In this document: positions 12,931 to 26,150 of the stretch, piece after piece
Layout: every line of letters starts with the position of its first letter
How positions within the stretch are numbered: the first letter of the stretch is position 1
DNA from: Sphyrna mokarran
Taxonomy: Eukaryota
Assembly: GCA_024679065.1 (NCBI GenBank)
Contig: JAGIQG010000014.1
Coordinates: forward strand, 41,106,001-41,170,000
DNA: 64,000 nt
Reading direction: 5' to 3'
The notes under the pieces: model-generated
Told to the model about the DNA's origin: nothing
The model's database searches: none
The model's input: only the letters and a program-made list of their open reading frames with translations
Translations under genes and position numbers: made by a program

Positions 12931-14265
12931 AAAATTGTTTCATTTCTTTGTATCTCTAGATAGCCACTGAATTTTTTCAGTTATCTAAAATCATATTCAA
13001 AGCTCAGATCAGACATTCTGGGCTTATTGTATTTGTGATAGATAATCAAAATCAAATTTACACATATATAGAGTTACAAAGGCTGAACAGGCATAGATTC
13101 AACAAAGTTCCATATTTAGCAGACATGCTCTTCAGAATGTAATTATGACTAAGTTACCATTTGTGTTGTGGCTTATGGAAACAGGGTATTGTACAATTTT
13201 GAATCAGTATTCCATCTGAAAAGTACTAGCTGATGAATAGAACCAGCGATGTGATGCATTAAGCCACAGAATACCCCATAAATCTGTATGCTTATTTTAT
13301 ATCATACAATCTGCTGCTTCACTATTGACATTTTACATAAGGCGCCCTGGAGGCTGTCAATAGACCTGTCTGATAATCCAAGTAAGATTGCCTTTATTAC
13401 TAAATTGTCCTGAGCAGCTTGTGGGAGACTTCCTTTAATTATTGTTAACCTCATGATGATGGTATTCCCAAAAGATGCTTGTAGATTTCAACTCAACAAT
13501 AGTGAAGGGAATAGTTGCATATATGCAAAGCAATGATAAAATAGTTTTTAATCTTACTAGATTAGTTATCCAGAGGCCTGGATTAATGCTGTAGAGGCAA
13601 GAATTCTATTCCAGAAGCTAAGTAAAGAATATGGAATTAAAATGTTAGTATCAGTCATTGGTGATCATGAAACTACCTGACTGAAAGAAAAGTCCCATTA
13701 TTTCACAAATGTCTTCTTTAGGGCTCTTAACTGGTCTGGCCTCTCTGTGACTCTACTGCCCTCTGAAATGGCCAAGCAAACCATTTGGTTGTACCCACAT
13801 TGCTACACAAACTGGATGCATCATCTGCATCAACCCAGAAAGATTTGGACATGACAAATGCACATCTTACCTGTTTAATCCTACAAAGTTATCTCCACTA
13901 ACATGTGGCACTGCATCAAATTTGGATGGTAACGTCACAGACTGGTCAATGAACAGCCTGCATAGCCTTTCTCACTGAATCATACCTTGTGGTCAATGTC
14001 CAAGACTCTCCATCATCACCCTCCAGCATGTCCTGTCACACGGCAAATTGGATTATAATTTTAGTTCCTCTTTTGGATTATCTCAGGTTAGGCTTACTTT
14101 CAAATGATCACTGTCACTGAAGGTTGAGAATCGCATACCCCACAGACATCTAAATGAGTCCTAGGAAAGGTAAGTAGTATTTTCTTAAGATTAAAATTAT
14201 GTTATCAAAAAATACCTAAGATAACCATCAGTATTTAAAATAACATTCACCTTGTATCCCTGAAT

Positions 14266-14593
14266 AGAACAAAGAACAAAAACAGCACGGGAAACAAGCC
14301 CCTCGACCCAACGAGCCTGCACTGCCACACCGATGTTCCCACCTCTACCCGTGATCCCTGTCTATGTTTATAGATCTAAGGATTGAAACCAAATTTGAGA
14401 CAATTTAGGGAGAATTTTTTCTGCCAATTAGCCTAAGAACACATCTTTGGGATGTGGGAGGAAGCCAGAGCACCCGGAGAAAATCCATGCAAGCACGGGG
14501 AGAATGCGCAAACTCCCACAGACACAGGCACAAATCCATGTATCTGCACAGCACAGCGATAGTCACTGAGCTGTCGTGTTGCCGATCAAATGG
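14266..14593 (-). mobile_element. 3' UTR-only copy of the young CR1 family at 54231-56143
   Basis: Collinear and highly similar to 54235-54570 (gaacaaagaacaaaaacagcacgggaaac...gtcactgagctgtcgtgttgcc.atcaaatggt). Confidence 0.85.
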
Positions 14594-14967
14594 TAGAAAG
14601 CTACCAAGTCTACCAATTGAGGAACAACTATCATTATTTCATGATAGCAATGAGACCTTTATCTTGAGAGAGACTGGAATGATTCCAAAATATCAAAAAC
14701 TTCTACTGTAAATCAGCATTTACACCATTAAAGAACTGAACCAACAAGAAGCATAGTGAATACATATGCTGAACAACATCCTTTGTTGGAAACTTGTTTT
14801 GAGGTCAGTGGTGAATGCTGTCACTTCAATAATCAAGGCCAATGTGATGGTTTCTTTCACACTCCTACAAATCTATGGGCAAAGAAGTTATTCAGAATTC
14901 CACACTGAATTATTCGTGATTATCATTTATGACTTCAGGTTTAGACTGCTCCACAACTGGAGACATT

Positions 14968-16530
14968 GGGCCCGATTTTACCATCAAGTTGTGCCTATTT
15001 TCAGACATGCAAATTTGGTAAAGTCAGTCATGAAATGAGTAGTGTGATCCACAGCAGCTTCCACACTGACCCCCCGTTTACCAAGGCTCAAAAATGGGTC
15101 CGATCGGGACTTCGCCGGAAACAATGTAACAGCCATTTGAATGCATTTGCATGCATTTCAATTGACTTAATGGGCTGCATGCCCAACTTTATCAGTAGTT
15201 CCTCCTGTACCACTGCGTTTACCAATCTGGAATCAAAACACACATGCTTCATAAAAATCCAATTTGGGTGCTCCATCAGTGAAGGTTAATGAGGAGGGAA
15301 GAGCACAGTGTCCGACCGCTCTTTGTTGCTCACAGGCCTCTTTGTTGCGGTCATTTTCTTTCTCGAGTTGGTGGCAGCTCTTCAAGTGTACCGTGGGACG
15401 GGGAGCTGCTGCTCAGCAGGGTCCCCCATATCCGACTTGCAGCACAAACCTGGGTTCCAGCACTGACCTTGTGCCTTCTGGTGCTGCTGGGTGCTAGTGC
15501 ACTAAGCTCATTTCCAGCTGAAGAATGTGCACAAAGCCCTTGCAAATTGCATTGATGCAACCTGTCAGCTTTGCAAGGAGCTGTGATTGTGGGGAACATA
15601 TGACTGGGGAGATTTGTGGGGGGAGGGCTATGATTTTGGGAAGCATGTGGCTAGGGGAATTAGGGGGTCTGTGGTTTTGGAGGCCATGTGGCGGAGGAAA
15701 TTGGGTGGGCTCTGATTTTGGGATGCATGTGGCTAGGGGAATTAGTTGGGAGCTGTGGTTTTGGAGAGCATGTAGCTGGGGGAATTGGGTGGATTCTGAT
15801 TTTGGAAAGCATGTGTCTGGGGGAATGGGCAGTATGGAAAGTGACTGTTGATGGGCTAGGGGCAAGCTGCATTCCTTAATCTTGACATGTATTCCTCTCC
15901 ATCTTCAGCTGCACCTCCTCCCACCTTTCAGAGTGACGTGATGGCTTTTGCAATGTAACCAATTGATCTTTCTATTCTTTTGGTTGCTGCTGGAGCTGAG
16001 GATGAGGAGCTGGAAGAAGAATTGCAGTCACAAGTGGCCCGAGCCTTATCACTTGCAGGACCAGAGACAGATGATCATGAGAGGAAGGAGGTGGCGTCCA
16101 TTCACCCAGAAGGAGGTCGCAGGAGAAAGAGAGAGTAGAAACCCCAGTAGTCCCGTGCACAAGTGTCAATGGAACAGGTGTTGGACAATGTGTGATGATG
16201 CCATCTCCGCCTCCAAAAGGAGACAGTGGAACACCTGTGCCACCTGTTGCAGCACCTGGCACCTAGAGGTGGAGGGGATTGGCACCCATTCTCAGTGGCT
16301 GTGAAATTGACGGCTGCTTTGAACTTTTATGTGACTAGCTCCTTCCAGACACCTGGCAGAGATATATGTGGCATTGCCTAGCCAGCTGTGTCAAGCAGTC
16401 ACAGAAGCTCTATATACCCATGCTAGTTAGTACATAAAACTTAATCTGGGCCAGGCCCATCAGGAAGCCTGCCGTGCAGAATCCACAGCCATTGTGGGGA
16501 TGCCTAACATACAGGAGGCCATCGACTATA
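14968..16530 (+). mobile_element. PIF/Harbinger transposon left part with HARBI1-like nuclease remnant
   Basis: Terminus gggcccgattttacca. Translation at about 16215-16390 reads KETVEHLCHLLQHLAPRGGGDWHPFSVAVKLTAALNFYVTSSFQTPGRDICGIA*PAV, matching the Harbinger V.VK.TAALNFYA.GSFQ...D.CG motif. Truncated by a CR1. Confidence 0.85.
15630..15830. repeat. Minisatellite of about 41-bp units in alternating A/B form, inside the Harbinger element
   Basis: Repeats of tgattttgggaagcatgtggctaggggaattag / tggttttggag..catgt.gc..gg.aattgggtgg. Confidence 0.75.
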
Positions 16531-16549
16531 GGCCAACCCCCTGCCAGCG

Positions 16550-17900
16550 GGTGATTGAGGAATAGATATGTAGGCAGATTTTGGCAAGCTGTAAAATTAA
16601 CAGGGTTGTTATGGTGGAAGATTTTAATTTTCCCTATGTTGAAAGATATCCACTTACTGCTAGGAATGTAGATAGGGCAGAGTTTGTAAGGAACATCCAG
16701 GAAGACTTCCTGAAACAATATGTGGATAGTCAACTGGGGAAGGGATCATACTGGACCTGGTAGTGAGAATGAGCCTGACCAAGTGATTGATGTTTCAGTA
16801 GGGGAGCAGTTCATGAACAGTAACCACAATTCAGTAAGCTTTAAGGTACTGATGGATAAAGGTGAGTGTAGTCCTCAAGTTAAGGTGCTAAATTGCGGGA
16901 AGGCTAATTACAACAATATTATGCAGGAATTGAAGAATGTAGATTGGGGGCAGATGTTTGAGGGCAAATCAACATTTGGCATGTGGGACGTTTTCAAATG
17001 TAAATTGATAGGGGTTTAGGATCAGCACATGCCTGTGAGGATGAAGAATAAGTATGGCAAGTTTTGGGAACCTTGGATAACGAGAGAAAAAGAAAGCATT
17101 TATCAAGGCTGGCTAGCTGGGAACATCTGAAGGAAGTGTCGAATACAAGGAAGGTAGGAAGAAACATAAGCAAGGAGTAAGAAGGGCTAAAAGGGGTCAT
17201 GAGAAAGCATTGGCCTCAGGATTAAGGAAAATCTCAAGGTTTTTTATTCATACATAAAAAGCAAGAGGGTAGCCAGGGAAAAGGTTAGCCCACTCAAGAA
17301 CAAAGAAGGGAATCTATGCTTGGAGCCAGAGGAAATGGGTGAGATATTAAATGAGTATTTTGCATCAGTATTCACCAAAGAGAAGGACTTGGTGGATGGG
17401 AAAGGATGTGTAAATAGTTTGAGTCATGTTGAGATCAAAAGAGACCAGGTGTTCTTGAGACACATTAAGGTAGACAAATCCCCAGGGTCTGATGGGATAT
17501 ACCACAGAATACTGAGAGAGGCAAGGGAGGAAATTAATGAGCCTTGAAAGAAATCTTTGTATCTTCGTTGGCTACAGGGGAGATTCCAGAGAATTGGAGA
17601 ATAGCCAAAGTTATTCCTTTGTTAAGAAGGGTAGCAAGATTAGTCCAGGTAATTATAGGTTGGTAAGCCTTACATCAGTGGTAGGGAAATTATTGGAGAG
17701 GATTTTTTGAGACGGAATTTATTCCCACTTGGAAATAAATGGGCGTATTAGTGAGAGGCAACATGGTTTTGTGAAGGGGAGGTCATGTCTCATTAACTTG
17801 ATCGAGTTTTTTGAGGAAGTGACAAAGATGATTGAGGCTAGGGCAGTGGATGTTGTCTACATGGACTTCAGTAAGCCTTTGACAAGGTCCCTCATGGGGC
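16550..17900 (+). mobile_element. CR1/HER1 LINE ORF2 (endonuclease end to RT start), frameshifted
   Basis: EDFNFP, QEDFLKQYVD, EILNEYFASVFT, KVDKSPGSDGIY, QHGFVKGRSCLINLIEFFEEVT, DVVYMDFSK. Confidence 0.9.
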
Positions 17901-18349
17901 AATGCAAGATAAGGCGTACCTCTCAGATGAGTCCTCTTAACTATCTGTTGAGAAAGTCAGATCCTAAAAATACTAAATGATCTGAAAGACTAACCCATCT
18001 TTCCCCTAAAGAAGGGAGCTCACAGAAGCTACTATTGTCCTCTAAATAGTTTCTTTGATTGTTTCTTCAAGGGGAATAAATGTTCCTTATCCACTCTGTC
18101 CGTGTCTCTCTCAATCTTGTGTACCTCGATCAAGTCACTCCTCAGTCTTCTCTGCTCCAATGAAAACAACCAAAGTTTCCCAAGTCAAAAGTTTCAGCCA
18201 GATTATAATGTCTTGGATATTGTTCAGGCCTGGCTATAACTCCTCTGTAATGTACTCGCCCACCCGCACCAAAGAGGTTACAGAGTTGGGCTCATGAGGT
18301 TAGTGATGCAGAAGCTTATGCAAAGCAATATAAAGTCTCAATTATACGT

Positions 18350-19990
18350 ATGTGGAATCCACAGTGCAGAAGAATCCCTTCAGCCCATCGAGTCTGCAGT
18401 GACGTATTAGACACACCTGAACTCCCATTTAATCTCATCTGCCAGCACTTGACCCATAGCCCGCTGAATGTTATGATGTGCCAAATGCACATCTAGATAC
18501 TTTAAAAAGATGTGAGGCAACCTGCCTCCATAATTTTTCCAGGCAACACATTCCAGACCATCACCACCCTCTGGGTAAAAAAGGTTTTCCTCACATCCCT
18601 CCTTAGGGTCCTGCCCCTCACATTGAACCTATGTCCCTTCATGACTGATCCTCCAGTTAAGAGGAATAGTTGATCCTCACCTACCTGTCTCACATAATCT
18701 TGTACACCCTCGATTAGGTCATCCCTCAGCCTTCTCTGCTCCAACAAAAACAATCCAAGCCTATTCAACGTCTCTTCATAACTTAAATGTTCCATCCCAG
18801 GCAGCATCCTGGTAAATCTCCTCCACACCCCCTCCAGTGCAATCATATTCTTCCAATAATGTGGCAACAGAACGGCACACAGTACTCTAGCTGTGGCTGC
18901 ACCAAAGCTCTATCCAATTCCAACATGGCTTCCTCTATGCTTCAATTGATAAAGGCAAATGTCCCATATGTTTTTTTTCACCATACTACTAACATGCCCT
19001 TCTGCTTTCAAAGATTTGTGGACAAACACACCAAGGTCTCTTTGTTCACAAAATCTCCTAAGGTCTTGCCATTCATTGAGTTCTTTCTTGCTAAATTACT
19101 CCTACCAAAGTGTATCATCTCACATTTTTCAGGGTTAAATTCGATCTGCCACTTATCTGTCCATTTGACCATTCTGTCTATACCTCCTTGCAGCTTAAGG
19201 CACTCTGCCTCACTGTTAACCACTGTCCAATCTTGTGTCACCTGCAGATTCACTAATCCTACCCCCCCCCCCCATAGTCATCATGTCATTTATGTAAATG
19301 ATGAATAATAGGGGGCCTCACACAGATCTCTGGCTTCCATCACTGAATCAGCCAACTGTCACCTTCCACTGTATCCTACAACAGAGCCAATTTTGAATCC
19401 ATTTCGTCAAATCACCCTGTGATCCAATGTGAGTTTACCTTCTTTACAGGTTTTCCATGTGGGACCTTGTCAGAAGTTTTGCTAAATTCCATATAAATAA
19501 CGTCGACTGCACTATCCTCGTCTGCACACTAATTCAATCAAATTTGTTAGGTATGACCTCCCTCTGGTGAAATCATGCTGACTATCCCTGATCAAGTTGT
19601 ATCCAGCCAAATGGAGATAGATGCTTTCCTTTAGAAGTTTCTCTAATCGTTTCCCTACCATTGATGTGAGACTCACTGGTCTGTAATTTCCTGGTTTATC
19701 TCTACATACCTTCTTAAATAATGGAACCACATTAGCTGTTCTCCAATCATCTGGCACCTTCCCCATGACTAGAAAGGAATTGAAATTTGGGTCAGAGCCC
19801 CTGCAATCTCTTCCCTTGGCACCATCCCCCCCGCCCTTGCCCCTGCATTTCCCCCCACCACCACCACCACCCCCCCCCCCCCCCCCCCCCCCCCACCCCA
19901 CAGCAGCCTAGGACACAATTCATCTGGACCTGCAGATTTATCCATTTTTTGGGCTGCCAATGCCTCAAAAACAATGCCTCAAAAAAATTT
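18350..19990 (-). mobile_element. CR1/HER1 LINE 3' part, frameshifted
   Basis: DKSAGPDELCPRLL, WRTANVVPLFKK..RDKPGNYRPVSLTS, WQIEFNPEKCEMIHFG, RRFTRMLPG, FFTQRVV.VWN.LP; C-rich insertion at about 19820-19900. Confidence 0.9.
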
Positions 19991-20440
19991 GATCAAGAAC
20001 CTCACAATCTCTCTGCCTGAATTCTATGCCGTTGTACTCATTCTTTTGGCTGAAGATGGATGTGAAGTATTCTTTCAACACTTTATCAATATCCTCTGGC
20101 TCCTCCCACAGATTGCCCCTTTGCCCCTAATGAACTATTTCTCTAATTGTCCTCTTATTGTTACTGTAAAGTGTTTTAAATAGATATTCATCAATTGTTA
20201 AAGTTGCACTTATCTTGATTTCCTGAATTAAGAGCAGAGAGCTTGTGAGGTGACTCTCCCAGTTAAGTATTATCTTCACTGAGATTTAGTAGCTATAAAT
20301 TTACCATGAATGTCTTTTTCTATTCATTCATGGATTGTGGGCTTTGCTGATTGAATCTACATTTATTGCCTATCCTTAGCTTAAGAGCCAACCACACTTT
20401 TGTGGAAATGGAGTCACACGTTGGCCAGACAAGACAAGGA

Positions 20441-20785
20441 TGGGGGGTATGGAACACGCTGCCAAGTAAAGCAGTGGAGGCAGGCACTCTGGGGTTATTT
20501 AAGAGATACTTAGATGCTCACATGAACAGAATGGAAATGGAGGGATATAGAAAACTGATTTAAAGTAGGCATTATGAGCCTCTCACATCCCAAAGATTGC
20601 TCTTAGGCTGATTGGCAGAACAAATTTTCCCTAAATTGTCCCAAATTTGGTTCTAATGCATAGATCTATAAATATAGACAGGGATGACAGGGATCATGGG
20701 TAGAAGTGGGAACATCAAGGTGGCGGCGTGGGCTCGTTGGGCCGAAGGGCCTGTTTCCCATGCTGTTTTGTTCTTTGTTCTTTGA
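20441..20785 (+). mobile_element. Internally deleted copy of the young CR1 family, inserted in an older SINE
   Basis: Encodes VWNTLPSKAVEAGTLGLFKRYLDAHMNRMEMEGYRKLI*, compared with ...GMEGYRKLI* at 54778; tail (ttctttg)n. Confidence 0.85.
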
Positions 20786-21179
20786 TGGCAGATTTCTCTC
20801 CTGAAAGGACTTTAACTGTTGTAAAGATGGGCCTTTACAACAGTTAGCAATAGTTACATGGTCAACATTAGACTTTTAATTACAGATTTTTATTGGGTTT
20901 AAATTTTACCATCTGCATTTGAACCCAAGTCTTCATATCCTGGGTCTTTAGATTTCTAGTCCAGCTATATTATGCCACTACTTCCTCAGAAGAAAGTCCA
21001 GCAAATCTCAAAAATCCAAAGTGTTCTTCAATTTTTGTCATGTTTTTGAGGCTACGTAGCTAATTTCTTATGGGAGGGTATCTGGACTGCAATTAGATTC
21101 AATCCCTTTACATTCCAAATATTGTGTAAATCATTGTTAATTTCCACATAAGGATGGCCCGTTTTGATTCCAGGAAAAT

Positions 21180-21690
21180 TAGAACATAAGAACTAGAAGC
21201 AGGAGTAAGCCATCTGGCTCCCTGAGCCTGCTCCACCATTCAATAAAATCATGGCTGATCTTTTTGTGAACTCAGCTCCACTTACCCACCTGCACACCAT
21301 AACCCTTAGCTCCTTTACTGTTCAAATATTTATCAATCCTTGCCTTAAAAACATTCAATAAGGTAGCCTCAATTGCTTCAGTGGGCAGGGATTTCCACAG
21401 ATTCACAACCCTTTGTGTGAAGAAGTTCCCTCTGAACTCAGTTCTAAATCTGCTTCTCCTTATTTTGATGCCATGCCCCCTAGTTCTAGTTTCACCTGTC
21501 AGTGGAAACAATTTCCCTGCTTCTATCTTATCTATTCCCTTCATAATCTTATATGTTTCTATGACATCTCCCCTCATTCTTCTGAATTCCAATGAGTATA
21601 GCCCAGTCTATTCAGTATCCCCTCAACTCCAAAATCAACATCATGAGTCTCCTCTGCACCTCCTCCTGTGCCAGTATATCTTTTTCAAGC
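21180..21690 (-). mobile_element. CR1 LINE 3' end
   Basis: EFRRMRGDVIETYKIMKG...FFTQRVVNLWKSLP...; agaacataagaac tail on the plus strand. Confidence 0.9.
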
Positions 21691-22204
21691 AAGTTATTCT
21701 CAAACTTACGTTATTTTCCACATAATTGTGTGAGCCTAATTGATTGTAAGGAAGCCAAGCTGCAAGGACCCCAGTGGTTAGTTAGTCAATTTTCATTTGT
21801 GTTTTAAGGTTATAATGTAATTCAAGGGTTGGGATAGCTGGTAAATATTCCAGTTGACTGCATTTTAAGATTATCAATATAAACTCATCCGAATAAATAT
21901 TGCACTGCAGTGTCTTTCCTGGCAGTTGGCAAACAAAGGACCAGCATAACATCAAGGTTTGGACAGATAAGTGAAACAACAACCATAAAAAGAATGTCTA
22001 ACTTGTCATTAAATGGTAGTACAATTGCTGCATCTCCAACCATAACATCATTAGGGCCTCGAATAATCAAAAGCTTAACTGCATCAATCACACAAAAACC
22101 TTCACTATAAGAGCAGTTCAACAGCTGCTATCTGGCAAATGACCCACTCCGGATTCCTCAAAGCCACTCTACCACCTATAAACCTCTCTACTGGTATAAT
22201 ATCA

Positions 22205-22500
22205 TAATATTCTACAGTGCAGAAGGAGGCCATTTGGCCCATTGAGCCTGCACCGACCACAATCCCATCCAGGCCCTATCCCCATAACTCCATGCATTTA
22301 CCCTAACTAGTCCCCCTGACACTATGGGGCAATTTAGCATGGCAAATCCACCTAGCTCATACATCTTTGGACTATGAGAGGAAATTGAAGCACCCAGAGG
22401 AAGCCCACGCAGAAAAAAGGAGAACGTGCAAACTCCAAACTTACAGTGACCCAAGCCGAGGCATCAAACCTGAGTCCCTGGAGGCATGAGGCAGGATGCT
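22205..22500 (-). mobile_element. V-SINE (HE1-like)
   Basis: V domain and HER1-type tail in reverse orientation. Confidence 0.85.
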
Positions 22501-22794
22501 TAAGTCATTGATCTGAAGCTGTGGTAGAATGATGATGATGATGACCTGCATTGAGGACGAAGTGATGTTCCTCTCATCCTCAGCGATAAGTCAGACTCCT
22601 GCCTGACAGAGAGCTTCACACACCTTTCCATTGAATGGGCTTATCATAGGGCTCAGAAACACAGGATGTGCAGCATCAGCTACTACAAGCATCACCCAAA
22701 TTAGAGGTCCTGATGTTCAAACCCGGGCTGGGCAACCTGTCAACAGTTTTGACAACCCTTGGCACCATGATCACGAAAGAACACTGTTAGATGT

Positions 22795-23005
22795 AATGTA
22801 TAGGTTAGGTGGATTTGTCATGCTAAATTGCCTCTTAGTGTCCCAGGATGTGTAGGTGAGCTGGATTAGCCATGGTAAATGTGTGTCATTAGTGGGATAG
22901 GGCAGGAGGGAGGTCCTGGGGCCTGGGTAAGATATTCTGTCAGAAATACGAAGGACCAAATGGCCTCTTTTGCACTGTACGGATTCTATAATCCTATGAA
23001 TCTAT
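22795..23005 (+). mobile_element. V-SINE 3' half
   Basis: ggttaggtggatttgtcatgctaaattgcc...gcactgtacggattctat. Confidence 0.75.
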
Positions 23006-24429
23006 AAGAGGGGTGCACTTTAATGGAAGGGGACAAGGGGATTCAAACTTCCATGGATGAGATTTGTTGGATGGATTCTCGGAGTGGTGGATGGAGGGGA
23101 GAAGGGGAGGGGGATTGGGGGGAGCATGTCAAAAGCAGCACCACCTCCTTATTACGTTGCCAGTGTGATACGGACATAGTATTGCCGTTCTCACACTCTA
23201 CAGGGATCAGGCGCCAGGTGAGCACAGTGGTTCCACCAAACTCGGTGGCATGAACAAAGTGAAGACTCTGTTGGTGACCAAAATGAAAGTTAATGTCAAA
23301 CATTCAAAGCAAAATGGTTACCAATTTAATGAGTACCTATATTCTGCTGCCTGACCTGTTTTGATTTTCATCTAATTTCCCCAGTGAATACTAATGCAGA
23401 GATTGTTCACAACAATATTGACATAGCAGTTCCAAATGTATATTATATCAGGGGAAAGAGAAGATAACGTAAGAAATGAGGTGTGACTTCCCCTTGAGGT
23501 CTTTAACATAACTCTTTGAAGGCATTCCTGTCAGCAGCTCACAATCCAAGACATCTTGTTTATATTGTGAGTGAATGAACCAACATGAGGTTGGCAGGGT
23601 CACGGGAAAGTTGAATGAAGAGCATCAATATATCACTCAACATACTGAGTCTGTCAAAGTTTAAGTGGAAGAAGAAAATACTCCTGGAAAATTGCACAGG
23701 ACACTAAATGGTGAGGGACATGATGGGTCTTCACTCCATTTTTCTGTTGGTTTCCACCAATTTAAGACATTTTTTTCAGGCATACTGTTGATTACTGTTG
23801 ATCACTGTTGATTAAATTTACCTTTGAATGATTCTGACTAACTTAGTAAAACAGTAACCAAGGAAGAGTTAGCAGGATTAAAAGTGTTGGGTAGCCCTGG
23901 TGGCAGTTGGTTGGATTTTCCAGATTCCTGGAAATCCAGAACATTTCTTTCAAATGAACTCCAGAATGCACTTGCATCATTATTTCTAAAAGGCATTGTG
24001 ATAAATGTATCTACTCTGATAAAGTGATATTTTAAAAGGCAAAAAATGTACTTTTTATTCTGCAGTGAATTGGCTGTCTTGAAAATGGATTGAAGAGATT
24101 TTTTATGGGAATTTTAAACCTTGAAGAGTTTCATGCTTCAGTTGCTTTGTTAAATGACTTTTTATGCAGTTAGCATACATTCATGTTTCCTATTCTAACA
24201 TGGCTATGTTAGAATTTTATAAAATTAGTTTCAGTTTTAATTTGCTGCAGTAATTTGTGTGCTAGATGCTTCAGCTGAAAGGTCTTGGAGGTGAAAAGAG
24301 TATTATCTGCTGGAAGTAGTGCAGAAAAATAATAAGGAGTTGTGCTGATCTGGAATATACTGTTATATTGTTACTGAATTTCAAGTGTAAAGTCAATGTC
24401 TGTTTATTGTCTCCACAGCCTGCCCTTGG

Positions 24430-25530
24430 ATCAATTAACTGTGGGGAGGGTAGTCAGGGGCATGGGGTTGTCAGAAGGTAGCTGGGGAATAGTTAGGTCT
24501 GGAGTATATCCGGAGGAGTGGGATGGTTAGGGGGCAAGGTGGGGACAGCGGGGAGTTGGGAGTAAGGGATAAGAGAACAGGAGTAAGATTGGGTAGTCTC
24601 TGAGGTGGAGGTGTGAGGAGGGGGCAGTTAAGTTGTGCAGAGTTTGGAAGGGAGTTGGGTGATCAGAGGAAGAGATGATGCTGTGAGGATAAGTGGGGGT
24701 CAGGACCTCATCTGCTGGAGAAACTGGTAGCCTCCCAATCGCCTTCCCCCTCTTCCAAACTGGATTACCTGTGTCTCCATCTTGACAAGCCCCAAAGACC
24801 AGCCCCTTATGGCCAACCTTGACCATTTGCCCCACGGCCAGTCCTGACCCCCCGATGGCCAAGAACAATCACCTCTTTTCTGCCTCTCTCACCAATCCTA
24901 TTGTAGAGTGGCAACATATTCCCTTCCCCCACCACCACCAATTGCCTCTTCCATATGCCTTGCCCCTCTGACCCTATCCCTTTGGCAGTGCCAGAGTGCC
25001 CAATGGGCAATGCCAGTTTTCCCAGTGGGCAGTATCACAGTGTTAGGCTGGCACCCCCCGCAACTTCACCTCCTGGGGGGCAGGGGTGGGAGGGTCCAAT
25101 AGTCTCTGTCCCCACCAGCTGGGCGAGGATGCTTGGTCTCTGTGTTGATGGGGGTTAGTTGTAAACCCCATTGGTGGGAACCTCTCCTGATGCAGGGGGA
25201 AGACACTGGCAGGCCCAGAGATTACCGTTCTGAGCAGCACAACAGGTTGAAAATCCTGGCCATAGCTTTTCTGATGCCTCTTTACATTTATAACATAAGT
25301 GATTTAAGAGATTAGAGTTAGGAGACGGGGTTATGGGGGGTGGGGGGGGTCATTTGTATATGCACTGGTTTCCTGTCTGATCTGGCCGGGAACCTGATCA
25401 GGGTCGGTAACATGGCTTGGAAGGGTTGAATTGGGTTTGGCTCAAGGCACCAAACCTGCCAACTCCCAATTCTCAAGCCCATCTTGATTTATGATCAGGG
25501 ACACCGAGCCTGAAGAATTCTCTCCCCCAG
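24430..25530. mobile_element. GC-rich MITE-like element
   Basis: G/C-skewed non-coding internal sequence shared with other MITE copies; ends gaagaattctctccc. Confidence 0.45.
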
Positions 25531-25569
25531 ATCTTCCAAATAGCTGACCACTACCATCCAGGACAATGA

Positions 25570-26150
25570 ATTTGATTTGATTTATTATTGTCACATGTAT
25601 TAGCATGAAATGAAAAATATTGGTTCTTGCACACTGCACAGACAAAGCATGGAGAAGGAAACGAGGGAGTGCAGAATTAGTGCTACAATCATAGCTAAGG
25701 TATAGCGAAAGATCAACTTAATGCAAGATAAGTCCATTCAAACATCTGATGGCAGCAAGGAAGAAGCTGTTTTTGAATCAGTTGGTCTGTGACCTCAGAC
25801 TTTTGTATCTTTTTACTGATGGGAGGAGGTGGAAGAGAGAATGGCTGGTGTGTGTGGCGTCCTTAATTATGCTAGCTGCTTTGCCGAGGCCGTAGGAAAT
25901 GTAGACAGAGTCAATGAATGGGAGGCTGGTTTGCAAAATAGATTGGGCTATTTTCATGACCTTTTATAGTTTCTTGAAGTCTTGGACAGAGCAGGAGCCA
26001 TAACAAGCTGTGATACAACCAGAAAGAATACTTTCTATGACACATTTGTAAAAGTTGGTGAGAGTCATAGCTGACATGCAAAATTTCCTTCATCTTCTGA
26101 GAAAATAGAGGCATTGGTGGGCTTTCTTAACAATAGTGTTGGCACGGAAG
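25570..26150 (-). mobile_element. Rex1/Babar LINE 3' fragment
   Basis: Same 3' UTR and C-terminus as 2020-2600; (atttg)n tail on the plus strand. Confidence 0.8.

Noticed and set aside
15600-15830. CRISPR-like array
   Set aside because: Degenerate tandem minisatellite without unique spacers, in vertebrate DNA with no cas genes; the same applies to 34920-35345.
16550-19990. Convergent CR1 pair as one inverted-repeat element
   Set aside because: The two copies are clearly diverged and no shared TSD was seen; independent insertions are more likely.
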